Assembly (NCBI GenBank): GCA_036338595.1
Contig: JAYZBV010000025.1
Coordinates: 1 to 45,307 of the forward strand
Length of the DNA stretch: 45,307 bases
Direction of reading: 5' to 3'
DNA from: Planctomycetota bacterium
Lineage (GTDB): Bacteria > Planctomycetota > UBA8108 > UBA1146
Part shown: positions 17,338-26,701 of the stretch, one piece after another
Position numbering within the stretch: the first letter of the stretch is position 1
Layout: each line of letters starts with the position of its first letter
Notes under the pieces: generated by a model
Databases searched by the model: none
Told to the model about the DNA's origin: nothing
Seen by the model: only the letters and a program-made list of their open reading frames with translations
Translations under genes and position numbers: made by a program

Positions 17338-20300
17338 CTACGCCAGTGCGGTGCTTCGGCCACCCATGTCGGAAAGTGATCCCGAGGCAAGATCTGCGAC
17401 GCCGAGCAGCGTAGCCAGTTCTCGCCACCGGGTCCCTGCCGGGCTGTGCTGGCGCCAGCGATCGACCTCGCGCAGAGCCGCTTGGCGCAGCCGCTGGCCC
17501 GCCACATCGTCTCCTGCTTCTTCCCTGGCCTTCGCCCACCATAACAACACCGCAGCGTGGCCCTCACGTGTCTCCTGTTTCAACAGCCTCTTCCAGGCAC
17601 TGAGAGCGATTCCTTCCTTCTCCGCCGGGGCTGCCTCATTGTTTCTTTCGAGCGTCAGCAAGATCGACATCGGCTGCGCCCTCAGGCGCAGCGCATCGAG
17701 AGCCGCCATCTCCAGGTACCTGGCAGCCTCCTGATGCTGACGCCTTCTCAGCAGCACCTTGCGCCGATCGAGGGCTTTTCGGGCCCTTCGATGGCCAACA
17801 GGCTCCGGGTCGGTTCCCGGTTCCGGAATCGATCCGGCGGCGATCCTGCGCCTCTCCGTCTGTGCCATCGCATTCTGTCCCAGGCGCTCCAGCAATCGGG
17901 CGCGCTCTCGACGCAACGGTGCCAGGTCTCGATCCGTTCCGCGCAGACGCAACGAGGTGATCCCCCGATCCAGGATGCTCAGTGCCTCGGATGGATCCCC
18001 CATCGAAAATGCACAGCGGCTCTCAAGAATCAGATGACGCCCATGAACGTCGACCGACTCCTTCTCATGAGGTGCTCGATGAACAGGTGTTGCATCGAGG
18101 ATCTGACGCGCGGTGCAGGGGCGGCCGGCTGCCCATTCTGAAGCTGCGACGAGCAGATTTCCCTCCCATGCGACGATTCCTGCGGATCCATCCAGGGTCA
18201 GGGCCTCCTCGAGACAGCGAGAAGCAGCGCGAATCCAGCCGGCACCCGACTCGCAACGAGCCAACAGCAACAGGGCCCGGGGCAACTGTCCCCGACAATG
18301 AAGCCTCGCTTGCTCGATCAACCCGGTGACTTCAGAGTGTGCCAGCGCTCCATCTCCCAGTCGAAGCGATGCTTCAGCGGCTTCGATTCCCGCGACGATG
18401 GATGCCTCTCTCCTCGACTCCTGAAAACACAGGTGATGGTGCCAGCGACTCCAGATCCTCAAGGATCTCAGGTCCTCCATCGCCCGGGCACGTAGACACT
18501 GCGCCTCGACGATGCGACACACTCGAAATTCTGACGCGGGAGATTCGAGCACCTGACGCGCCAGATCGATGGCCTGCAGCCTTGCGCCTCTTGCGAGTGC
18601 GCAGCGACAGCGTTCCAGGAGAGCCGCATCGACAAGGTCCTGTTGGTCTTCACCGACTTCCACATGCAGTAACGGAGCCGATGTTGCGCCTCGACGCGCC
18701 AGCGCCCTCAGGATGCGGGACCTTTCGATCGCTACCAGTATCCGTTCGCGTTCGATTTCGTGTTCTGGACCTTGCGACGAATCAGTGGCCTCGTCGAGAA
18801 TTTCTAGCGCCTGCTGAGGATCCCCATCACGACGGGTGGTGTGCGCTCTCAGGCGTGCCAACCGCATCGCCGACAGGGTACCGCTCGGATGCCACTGGGC
18901 GGCAACACGCCATGCACGATCACGATGGGCTGCGTTTCCCAGTTGATCCTCGACTTGCCCCAGCAAGTCTGCCCACCTGCCCTGGGTGTGGTCCCCGAGC
19001 AGGTCGACCAGTGGCGTCAGCAAACTGGCCAATCTGCCAGCATCTCGGCTGCGCTTCGCCTCATCTTCGAACCATGGCTGAAGCAACAGCGCCGCCTGTT
19101 CTGGATTCCCTGAGTTCATCTGATGCCGCACCCGATCGAGAGAATCACACTGAGGGAGTCCCGACGCCCTCTCATGCATCGCCTTCCGACGTCGCGGTTC
19201 TATCGCTAGCAGTACCCCCTCAGCCTGGAACGGCTCTCGCCAGTGAATCGCTCCATCGAGGCGAATCCAGTGCTTTTGAACCAGACCCGAGATCACCGAC
19301 GGAACCAGTCCACGATCGATGCCCGCAACCGTGGCCACTTCCGACGGTGTTGCAGGGGCGCCGACGATGGCGAGGGCTTCCAGCACATATCGATGCTCTT
19401 GCTCGAGGTGCAAGACCTGTTCGACAACCCGATCCCTCCAGCGATCTTCCGGAAGGGAGTTCGATTCCCGCCAGATCCATCGGCGGCCGTCGTGCCCCAG
19501 GTCACCAGCAACGATCCTCCCGATCAGGATTCTCTCCCAGATGGATGGACTTCCTGCACCCCAGTTCTGCAGGCGACGATGCAGTTTTGAATCCACCGTG
19601 GCGCCTGGCAGTGCCCTGGCCAGCCACTCATCCAGGTCGATGGAAATCGCATCGTCGGTACAGATCACCCGGTGCGAGTGCCTTGCGAGAAACTCGCCAA
19701 GGAATCCGCCTGGGGCGATCGAACAGTGAAGCCACCAGATCAACTTGCAGTCCGACACATCGGTCGTCTGCATCGCCTGCTGCATCATCTGGGTCGCAGA
19801 GTCAGGGTCATCGATCTGGATGACGACATTGCTGGAGCCAGGGGGTATCGATCGGATGACATCCTGAAGCGGGGCATCGGTAGCCGCGTCAACGCAGATC
19901 ACAGGCAGGCCCCGAGACATCAACTCCACCTCGACACGATTCGTGATCTTGCGGCGATCACCTTCGCGCCGATGAAGATGGAGGACGATACCTCCGACAT
20001 CCTTGACTCCAAGGAACTGGTCGAGCACCAGCCGAGGTAATTCGTCACCGACTCCTGGAAATTTCAGTTGAGCCATCAGTGACGACTCCGACTCCACCAC
20101 GCACCTTCCCTCTGCGGAAGGAAACACACGCTCCAGCGACGCAAGCACCTCACCCGCATCGTGAGGCCGATCATCGGGGCGCTTCTTGAGCATCTTGTCG
20201 ATGATGAAGGCGGCAGCATCCGGAAGCCCACCTCTGAACTGCTTCAGAGGTGTGGGATCATCCTGCAGGTGAGCCTTCCCCAGTCGAGAGCGATCCATAT

Positions 20301-20955
20301 TCTCGAAGAGAAGGTGACCGCACCACCACTGATAGAGCAGCACACCTGCCGAATAGATGTCCCCCCTCGCATCCGGCCTTTCACCGAGCCATTGCTCGGG
20401 CGGCATCGCATGAGGAGTCCCGAGGATCTTTTCCTCTGGAGGCTGCCCCTGCTGCTGGCACAGCCCGAAATCCAGCAGCACGGGATCGGGTGAATCCCCC
20501 GGTCTCAGCGGTCGTCGAAGGCGAATATTGTCAGATTTGATGTCTCCATGAACCCAGCCATTGCGATGCAAGAAGGCCAGGGCGCGAAGAAATTTACGAG
20601 TCATCTCCACCCAGTCAGCGAGGGAGAGTGTGCCCGCCAGTTCCGTGGAGACGGGACCTGCCAGCACCTCGCTGCTGAACCACCGAGCCCCATCCCCGGG
20701 ATCGATGCCATACTCCTGCACCGCCAGGATCGAGGGGTGACGCAATCGGGCGAGGTGATCGAACTCACGTCGATGACGTTCCCCGATCGGCCAACAGGAA
20801 TCCTCGGGCGCCACTCGTTTGAGGGCCACGTCCTCGGCGGCCAGCCCGTCTCGACAGTGCCACACCTCACCCATGCCGCCACGCCCGAGCATGGCTGCAG
20901 GGTAAAATCGGCCAGCGATGGGCCGGTCCGTTCTGGAAGGGTCAGAATTGGCCAC
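17338..20955 (-). CDS. Hanks-type Ser/Thr protein kinase fused to degenerate STAND-like NTPase and helical/TPR-like region
   Basis: LGRGGMGEVW, VALK, HGDIKSDN, DFG, GTPHAMPPEQ, DIYSAG; C-terminal ~900 aa helical. Confidence 0.88.
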   Translation of the reverse strand: MANSDPSRTDRPIAGRFYPAAMLGRGGMGEVWHCRDGLAAEDVALKRVAPEDSCWPIGERHRREFDHLARLRHPSILAVQEYGIDPGDGARWFSSEVLAGPVSTELAGTLSLADWVEMTRKFLRALAFLHRNGWVHGDIKSDNIRLRRPLRPGDSPDPVLLDFGLCQQQGQPPEEKILGTPHAMPPEQWLGERPDARGDIYSAGVLLYQWWCGHLLFENMDRSRLGKAHLQDDPTPLKQFRGGLPDAAAFIIDKMLKKRPDDRPHDAGEVLASLERVFPSAEGRCVVESESSLMAQLKFPGVGDELPRLVLDQFLGVKDVGGIVLHLHRREGDRRKITNRVEVELMSRGLPVICVDAATDAPLQDVIRSIPPGSSNVVIQIDDPDSATQMMQQAMQTTDVSDCKLIWWLHCSIAPGGFLGEFLARHSHRVICTDDAISIDLDEWLARALPGATVDSKLHRRLQNWGAGSPSIWERILIGRIVAGDLGHDGRRWIWRESNSLPEDRWRDRVVEQVLHLEQEHRYVLEALAIVGAPATPSEVATVAGIDRGLVPSVISGLVQKHWIRLDGAIHWREPFQAEGVLLAIEPRRRKAMHERASGLPQCDSLDRVRHQMNSGNPEQAALLLQPWFEDEAKRSRDAGRLASLLTPLVDLLGDHTQGRWADLLGQVEDQLGNAAHRDRAWRVAAQWHPSGTLSAMRLARLRAHTTRRDGDPQQALEILDEATDSSQGPEHEIERERILVAIERSRILRALARRGATSAPLLHVEVGEDQQDLVDAALLERCRCALARGARLQAIDLARQVLESPASEFRVCRIVEAQCLRARAMEDLRSLRIWSRWHHHLCFQESRREASIVAGIEAAEASLRLGDGALAHSEVTGLIEQARLHCRGQLPRALLLLARCESGAGWIRAASRCLEEALTLDGSAGIVAWEGNLLVAASEWAAGRPCTARQILDATPVHRAPHEKESVDVHGRHLILESRCAFSMGDPSEALSILDRGITSLRLRGTDRDLAPLRRERARLLERLGQNAMAQTERRRIAAGSIPEPGTDPEPVGHRRARKALDRRKVLLRRRQHQEAARYLEMAALDALRLRAQPMSILLTLERNNEAAPAEKEGIALSAWKRLLKQETREGHAAVLLWWAKAREEAGDDVAGQRLRQAALREVDRWRQHSPAGTRWRELATLLGVADLASGSLSDMGGRSTALA

Positions 20956-21237
20956 GGGGCTCCGTCTCAGGGGAGATCGCCCTGCTCCCGTCTAATTCTA
21001 CGACAATTTGCCGAATTCGTCCTACCGCAGAGGACGGTCACGGCAGCAATAGGGCCATTTCCTGGGTTCATATCGCTTCGATGATCGAATTTGTCACGAT
21101 GGAATTCAGCCCGAGGTATTTTTCTTACGCCCCGAATTTCAGAGATGATGCGCCGATGCACAGACATCCGAGGTTCTGCTCACCGGGCAACGACGCAGAA
21201 GCTGATGACTGGAGCAGATGGCACCTGTCCTTGACAG

Positions 21238-22224
21238 TTACAGGTTGCGCTGTGACTCCCCGGCGCAGAAGGCCCTCAACAACCGTATCGGAGTCCAGCC
21301 GGTCACATGAAGTGACTGATCGAGGGTCAGTGAGTGCTCCTCCAGGAGTCGCTTCATCTCGACCCGATCGCTGCGTGATCCTCGCTCGTAGCGATTCGCG
21401 TCATCTGCGATGCCAGCACAGATTTCGATGACATCCCGGGCACGGGTGATCAGGTGAGCGCCGGACTGGATCAGATCGTGGCAACCATCGTGTGTACCAC
21501 CCTGAGCCGGACCAGGAACAGCACAGACCTCACGCCCCTGATCGAGCGCATGGGATGCAGTCCCCATCGATCCTGATTTGAGGGTCGCTTCCACCACGAC
21601 CACTGCCAGGCTCCAGCCACTGATGAGACGATTTCGGCGCGGAAAGTGATGTCGTAGCGGCGCAGTCCCTGGCCGATACTCACTCATCAGCGAGCCACCC
21701 AGGTCGATGATTCGACGAGCCAACCGCTGATTCTCTGGCGGGTAGATCGCTGGCAAACCATTACCCAGCAGCACAAGGGGAGCCGGTCCTCCCTGCGCAG
21801 CACCACACACCGCACCCTCCAACGCTGCCGCATCGATACCGCGGGCGAGCCCGCTGACAATCCGGAATCCGCTCAGGGTCAGATCAGATGCGATCTCGAA
21901 TGCGAGTCGGAGGCCCGCCACGGACGCTTTTCGACTGCCGACAATGGCGACGGTCGGCACACAACCAGGAATCTGCCCGCACAGCCACAATCCCCGTGGC
22001 GGCTGATTCACCGATTCCAGTTCTGCTGGCCATTCCTGGTGCTGTGGATTCCAGTTCCACGGATCAGGAATTTCAGTACCGCGTGGCTTCGCGCCCTCTT
22101 CCATCGCTTCATCTGCATCGTCATGTTTCCACTCACTCTGCAGCCTCTGGGAATTCAGGGTTCCCCCCCTCTGCGTGCAGCATGCTGGAGGAGCCGCCGA
22201 GCACCACGACCCCATTCCCACCAC
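21238..22224 (-). CDS. dprA: DNA-processing protein DprA (true start probably downstream, e.g. ATG 22104)
   Basis: VAIVGSRKAS, IVSGLARGIDAAA, HHFPRRNRLISG, VVVEATLKSGSMGTA, ALDQGREVCAVPG. Confidence 0.93.
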   Translation of the reverse strand: MVGMGSWCSAAPPACCTQRGGTLNSQRLQSEWKHDDADEAMEEGAKPRGTEIPDPWNWNPQHQEWPAELESVNQPPRGLWLCGQIPGCVPTVAIVGSRKASVAGLRLAFEIASDLTLSGFRIVSGLARGIDAAALEGAVCGAAQGGPAPLVLLGNGLPAIYPPENQRLARRIIDLGGSLMSEYRPGTAPLRHHFPRRNRLISGWSLAVVVVEATLKSGSMGTASHALDQGREVCAVPGPAQGGTHDGCHDLIQSGAHLITRARDVIEICAGIADDANRYERGSRSDRVEMKRLLEEHSLTLDQSLHVTGWTPIRLLRAFCAGESQRNL

Positions 22225-22393
22225 GGACCGGAAACGGTTGCCATCTGCTGCACCACTGATCGTTACTGCTCACTCTATTGCCATGTACTGGGGCATTCCT
22301 CACTGGATGCGGGCTCGGCCCTGACCCTGGCCGTTTCCGCAAAGACCAGCCCAAGCCCACTTCGGCTATGCACTTAGGAGAATTCTCGACGGG

Positions 22394-22411
22394 TTGGCAT
22401 TGTAAATGCAT
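22394..22411 (+). promoter_or_regulatory. Putative sigma54 (-24/-12) promoter
   Basis: TTGGCATTGTAAATGCAT: GG-N10-GC with TGGCA and TGCA boxes, ~57 bp upstream of ORF 22468. Confidence 0.55.
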
Positions 22412-22467
22412 TGGTGCCGGTGAGCCTCATGAAAAACTGACCACCCAAAGGTCCACCAGGAGTCACC

Positions 22468-23001
22468 TTGCAGAATCCAGACCAACACGAGTTTCGAAGC
22501 AACTCTTTTCAAAACACAAAACAGTGGCTTCATTTCAACATCCAGAATGACCTGCAAAACTGCCGAGGCTGCCGAAGACGCTCGCGCCAGTCGATCGGAG
22601 AGACACGGGAATACTCGACCTGGTTTTGTAGCGCATGTCATGCGGGTGAGAGTACTCCGCTGAGTCTGCACCCGGTGGTGAGAGCGATCCTGGATGGAGC
22701 GCCGGTACCGAGACCTCGTTGCGATCGCACGGGAGAACGGATGGACATCTCGGATGCCTGGATCTCCAGTGATTGCCGCCGCATCTACAGGCGTCAGATC
22801 GCCAGGCAGGATCAGGCCACTCGCCAGATCGAAACTGCGCTTCGCAGCATATCGCCCGGCTTTCCTCGAACCGAAACTCACCTCAGGGTGAAACCCATCT
22901 CCGAAGTGACTGGCTCGAGATTCCCATCGGCGGATGGTGCGCCCATGCCTGCCGAAGCAGTCCATTCGACACAAAGTTGCAGCGGCCAGTACCGACGCTA
23001 A
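22468..23001 (+). CDS. Hypothetical Cys-rich protein (possible zinc ribbon)
   Basis: AGGAG SD at 22458-22462 before TTG; CRGC and CSACH pairs plus further Cys; fills an otherwise empty gap. Confidence 0.55.
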   Translation: MQNPDQHEFRSNSFQNTKQWLHFNIQNDLQNCRGCRRRSRQSIGETREYSTWFCSACHAGESTPLSLHPVVRAILDGAPVPRPRCDRTGERMDISDAWISSDCRRIYRRQIARQDQATRQIETALRSISPGFPRTETHLRVKPISEVTGSRFPSADGAPMPAEAVHSTQSCSGQYRR

Positions 23002-23122
23002 CCCCTCTCTGATGGTCTCCGGGAGCCCCCGGGTTGAAGAATCCGTGCTCCCGGAGGGCTCATCGTGTACCCTCTGAGAGGGCGTTGCCGCCGCCCGATC
23101 AGTCCGCGGAAGGATCTCCTTC

Positions 23123-23533
23123 ATGGTTCGTGCCTCCCGGGTGATTCCCTGCCTCTTTCTCGCCGCCATCATCCCGACCCTGATCGCCGCTGGCCTCGAT
23201 GCTCGCGATGTCTCCTATGTGGATGAACTATTTCAGAGCATCGAGCGTCAACCTCTCGATGCACGGGAACGGGTAGCGTTGAGGGCGTTGCGCAATCGAA
23301 TTCGCCATGACGATGCACGTTCCTCGACGCGCGGCCCCGAGCAACAGCAAAGCCAGATCGACGATGTGATGCTTTGTGCGGCGGGACTGCTCGATGAGCG
23401 TCAATTCCTGGTCGCCACGGGCCGCCTGAAGACCACTCGCCAGCAACTGCGATTTGAACTGAGGCAACTCCGAGTCGAGATCCTCCGGCTGGAGCAGATC
23501 ACCCGGGACCTCCAGAAGCAGGGAACCCCTTGA
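23123..23533 (+). CDS. Hypothetical exported protein with C-terminal coiled coil
   Basis: Signal-peptide-like N-terminus; heptad pattern LRFELRQLRVEILRLEQITRDL; 4-nt overlap with next ORF. Confidence 0.65.
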   Translation: MVRASRVIPCLFLAAIIPTLIAAGLDARDVSYVDELFQSIERQPLDARERVALRALRNRIRHDDARSSTRGPEQQQSQIDDVMLCAAGLLDERQFLVATGRLKTTRQQLRFELRQLRVEILRLEQITRDLQKQGTP

Positions 23534-24147
23534 GCAGGAACTCTGCCGCATCCACACCTCCGCTGCTGATCTTGTCGCTCACCCTGTCTCTGGCACTACC
23601 ACTGCAGTCAGGCTGTGAAGGAGTCGCGCCGGCTCGTCACGACTCCGGAAGTGGTTCTGTCGCTTCTCAACTGGAACAAACGCTCTGGAGTCCCACTCTG
23701 CACTGGAGCGGCATTCGATTCCGATTTGAACTGACTCCCGGTGAAGAGAACCTCACCCCTCAATTCCTTTACGAGGGTAACTCTGACATCCTTCGAGTGG
23801 GCCAGCGGCAGGTAACTCTGATTCGAACCCGGTTCAAGATCGACGGAACCTATTTCGACTGGCCAGTAGAGAGCATCATCTGGATTCATCGAATCCCCGA
23901 CACCGATCGACCATTCTTTCGACGCGAAGGCGCCCTGCAACTGACCTGGGTCGGTAACGGCAAGCATGCGGTCGTGGAGGAGCAATGCCAGGACGGCACC
24001 ATCGTGTGGACAATGTCTTCTGCACGGATCACACGTCACCAGGACGGGACAGTTCTGTATCAGGGCCGGGGTCCCGATGTGACACGAAGCGGTCCGTGGA
24101 AGCTGCTGCTCGGCCCGCGTGGCGAGATCGTTGCGGGTTCATCGTGA
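23530..24147 (+). CDS. Hypothetical lipoprotein
   Basis: Hydrophobic stretch ending LQSGC (lipobox-like); beta-rich body; 4-nt overlaps with both neighbours. Confidence 0.65.
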   Translation: MSRNSAASTPPLLILSLTLSLALPLQSGCEGVAPARHDSGSGSVASQLEQTLWSPTLHWSGIRFRFELTPGEENLTPQFLYEGNSDILRVGQRQVTLIRTRFKIDGTYFDWPVESIIWIHRIPDTDRPFFRREGALQLTWVGNGKHAVVEEQCQDGTIVWTMSSARITRHQDGTVLYQGRGPDVTRSGPWKLLLGPRGEIVAGSS

Positions 24148-25220
24148 AGCCATCGCCTGCACCGGAACACCTCTTCGACCTCTCGCCAGAGCACCTCGAA
24201 AAACACCTCGAGTTGTGGTGCCAGCAACACAACCTTCCGGGTTACAGGGCAAAGCAAATCGGGCAGCATCTGTTCGAGGGCAGAACCTACGACCCCGCTC
24301 AGATGACATCGCTTCCTGAAACCGTTCGCCAGGAGCTTTCCGCTGGACTGCTTCGATCACCGCTGATCACCGCAGAGAAGTTGCACTCGTCCGATGGCAC
24401 CATCAAGTTCCGGTTCCTTCTCGAAGACGGCCTCTCCATCGAATCCGTCTGGATTCCTACGGATGATCGAGGAACCCTTTGTATCTCCAGCCAGGTCGGC
24501 TGCGCTGCGGGCTGCACCTTCTGCGCCACCGGTACCATGAATTTGACTCGCAACCTGCACTCTCGGGAGATTGTAGCGCAATGGCTCGCTGTTCACGCAG
24601 CAACCACCGCCGAGGGATTGTGCGGTGTGACGCAGGTCGTCTTCATGGGGATGGGCGAACCGCTCCATAATTATCCAGCGGTATCTCTCGCCATCGATTG
24701 GCTCTCTTCTGCAAAGGGATTTCATTTCAGTCCACGTCGTATCACCGTATCGACCGTCGGCGTTGTCCCAAAAATCAGGGAGCTGGTCAAGGACCACCCC
24801 CAGGTTCGTCTTGCAGTCAGCCTTCACAGTGCTATTGCGGAGACCCGAGACAGCATCGTGCCCATCAATACGCGCCACGATCTTGATCAACTCGGAGCAG
24901 TTCTGGAGGAGGTCAAGGACGACTCCCGCAGGATCAGCATCGAATATGTGCTGTTGCCCGGGGTCAACGATTCCGAGGAGGAAGCGATTGCGCTGGCCCT
25001 CTTCGCAGCGAGATGTGGCGCACACATCAACCTGCTTCCCTTCCACCCCTTCGAAGGTGCGCCCCATGCCGCTGCGGGAGCAGCAGAGGTGGGACGATTC
25101 CAGTCGATGGTTCAGAAGAACTACGAGGGCTCCGTCACTGCCCGTCGCAGCCGCGGCCTCGATATCGACGGAGCCTGTGGCCAGCTGGTGCTCAAGACGC
25201 GCCCAGATCCGTCGAGCTAA
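24144..25220 (+). CDS. rlmN: 23S rRNA (adenine(2503)-C2)-methyltransferase RlmN
   Basis: TLCISSQVGCAAGCTFCATG (radical SAM), VFMGMGEPLHN, DIDGACGQL; GTG at 24144 overlaps previous stop. Confidence 0.93.
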   Translation: MKPSPAPEHLFDLSPEHLEKHLELWCQQHNLPGYRAKQIGQHLFEGRTYDPAQMTSLPETVRQELSAGLLRSPLITAEKLHSSDGTIKFRFLLEDGLSIESVWIPTDDRGTLCISSQVGCAAGCTFCATGTMNLTRNLHSREIVAQWLAVHAATTAEGLCGVTQVVFMGMGEPLHNYPAVSLAIDWLSSAKGFHFSPRRITVSTVGVVPKIRELVKDHPQVRLAVSLHSAIAETRDSIVPINTRHDLDQLGAVLEEVKDDSRRISIEYVLLPGVNDSEEEAIALALFAARCGAHINLLPFHPFEGAPHAAAGAAEVGRFQSMVQKNYEGSVTARRSRGLDIDGACGQLVLKTRPDPSS

Positions 25221-25260
25221 AAAACAAGGGGAAACCGCAAAGCGGTTTCCCCTTGTGATT
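25221..25260. terminator. Intrinsic terminator between convergent genes
   Basis: Perfect 15-bp stem ACAAGGGGAAACCGC-AAA-GCGGTTTCCCCTTGT (25224-25256); A-run on left gives U-tail on minus strand. Confidence 0.85.
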
Positions 25261-25283
25261 CATCATCTTTCGATGGTGAACCG

Positions 25284-26507
25284 TTAGCATCCATCGCCCA
25301 GAGCAGATTCGAGCTGGAGCAAATCCGGAATGTTGTTTGAATCGCGATCAAAAACCTTCGGATCCGGTTTCGGTTCTGGCTTCGGGTCTGGCTTCGGCAC
25401 CGGCTTGGGAGTGGGTTTCGGCTTCGGCTTTTCCCACACTGGCTTCGGCTTCGGCTTGGGCTTTTCCCACACTGGCTTCTTCTCGCCAGCCTCAGCCTCA
25501 CCTGCAGTCGCCTTACCCTCCTGCTCCGCAGCGCGAGCCGCTTCGCGTTCACGCCGCACCTCAGCAAAAGAGCGTCCTTCAGGACGACCAAAAAGCGTCG
25601 GAGAGACTCCCGAGTTGAGTGCGATCTCATCGTAGTTCTGTTCGAGACTCAGTTCCCCGTCCTCGAAGATCTTCTTGATGGTAGGAATCTTGATCCAGCG
25701 ATTTCGATCATCGCTGAAGCGGATTCGAGTGTACTCGCTGAAGAAGACTTCCTTCTTGATCACTGCCGGAGCCTGACCTTCGTTCCAGGTCTTGCGCAAC
25801 AGCAATCCGTCCTCTTCGGAGAATGCATACATCAGCACCTGGTTACCAGCAAAGGCTTTCAGTTCCACCATCTTGCAGGCAGTACCGAGGACCGTCTGGT
25901 CATTCTTCAGGGTGGCAACATAACCATTGTCCTGGAACGTGATGAAGAAGTCATCGATGTGCTTATCCCAGACAAAAACAATGAGAGTCTTGCCAGCGAG
26001 CGGAGACACCGCCCCCATCGCTTTGACCCATGCCTTTTCTCCGTCGTAAACCTGCACGAAGTTGAGCGGTTCGTTGTTCTTGGTCAGGCCGAGACCAGGT
26101 AGTTGCCATTCTTCTCGGATCATCAGCGCACCTTCACCGGTCCGCTTGAGGAAACGAGCCATCTTCATCACGGTCTCATTTGTAGGATCGATCTTCTTGT
26201 TCTTGAACCGTTCGACTCGATCAGTGATGGACAGCATCGTCTCGCGTCCGCCAACCGCTTCGAGGTACTTCTGGATCACCTCCATCGCAGCAGGATCACT
26301 CTTCGGAATTCCGAGAATGTCCCCATCCAGGATGTCATCCTCGTCGGCAGCCGGTTCCTTCGTTTCCTTGTCGGGGAGATCCACGGGCGCAGGATCCTGA
26401 ATGCGTTGAGTTGCAGCGGCCTGCTGGACCGGAGAGCTCCAGACCAGAAATGCCGCCAACAAAAAGAGGCCGGCGAGGTACCTTCCGGCGGGGGAAGCAG
26501 TATTCAT
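25284..26507 (-). CDS. Exported protein, LolA-like/outer-membrane lipoprotein-sorting fold, with Pro/Lys-rich tail
   Basis: Signal peptide; EVIQKYLEAVGG, QVYDGEKAW, EEDGLLLRK, LNSGVSPTLF patterns typical of LolA-like family; KP repeats at C-terminus. Confidence 0.65.
   Translation of the reverse strand: MNTASPAGRYLAGLFLLAAFLVWSSPVQQAAATQRIQDPAPVDLPDKETKEPAADEDDILDGDILGIPKSDPAAMEVIQKYLEAVGGRETMLSITDRVERFKNKKIDPTNETVMKMARFLKRTGEGALMIREEWQLPGLGLTKNNEPLNFVQVYDGEKAWVKAMGAVSPLAGKTLIVFVWDKHIDDFFITFQDNGYVATLKNDQTVLGTACKMVELKAFAGNQVLMYAFSEEDGLLLRKTWNEGQAPAVIKKEVFFSEYTRIRFSDDRNRWIKIPTIKKIFEDGELSLEQNYDEIALNSGVSPTLFGRPEGRSFAEVRREREAARAAEQEGKATAGEAEAGEKKPVWEKPKPKPKPVWEKPKPKPTPKPVPKPDPKPEPKPDPKVFDRDSNNIPDLLQLESALGDGC
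25357..25481 (-). repeat. Coding Pro/Lys repeat (KPVWEKPKPKP x2, PKPxPKP)
   Basis: GGCTTTTCCCACACTGGCTT at 25426 and 25459 (33-bp period) plus GGCTTC hexamer repeats. Confidence 0.85.
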
Positions 26508-26701
26508 CGAAATCAGTCCTTCCAGCGAGCCAGGAAGTTTTCTGCTTCCCGACGGTGATCCAGTGTTCAGTGCCCCGATCTTCGTCGCCGAGTGGTCCCC
26601 TGTGGGTTCTTCGGCATCGGGCCAGTGTCAGATGAGTACCCGGCATCCGCCAGATTTCGGAATCTCGGACTTACGCAGGATACTGTGCGGACCGCTCCGG
26701 G

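Noticed and set aside
17292..17567. 92-aa N-terminal extension of AspRS in the ORF track
   Set aside because: Overlaps the kinase 3' end; the canonical MLRSHTCGEL start has its own SD.
18339..19823. 494-aa plus-strand ORF and other long antisense ORFs (e.g. 36226-37305, 30606-31619, 22366-23172)
   Set aside because: Shadow ORFs expected in GC-rich DNA; they overlap better-supported genes or tRNAs and have no recognisable motifs.
20956..21237. Possible ncRNA or oriC in the kinase-dprA intergenic region
   Set aside because: No DnaA-box cluster and no recognisable tmRNA, SRP or RNase P features; only a weak GG-N10-GC match.
22627..22641. CSACH as a c-type heme-binding motif
   Set aside because: No signal peptide; pairing with the upstream CRGC fits a zinc ribbon better.
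23985..24143. Track N-terminal extension of RlmN
   Set aside because: Overlaps the upstream lipoprotein gene; GTG 24144 gives typical length and a coupled start.
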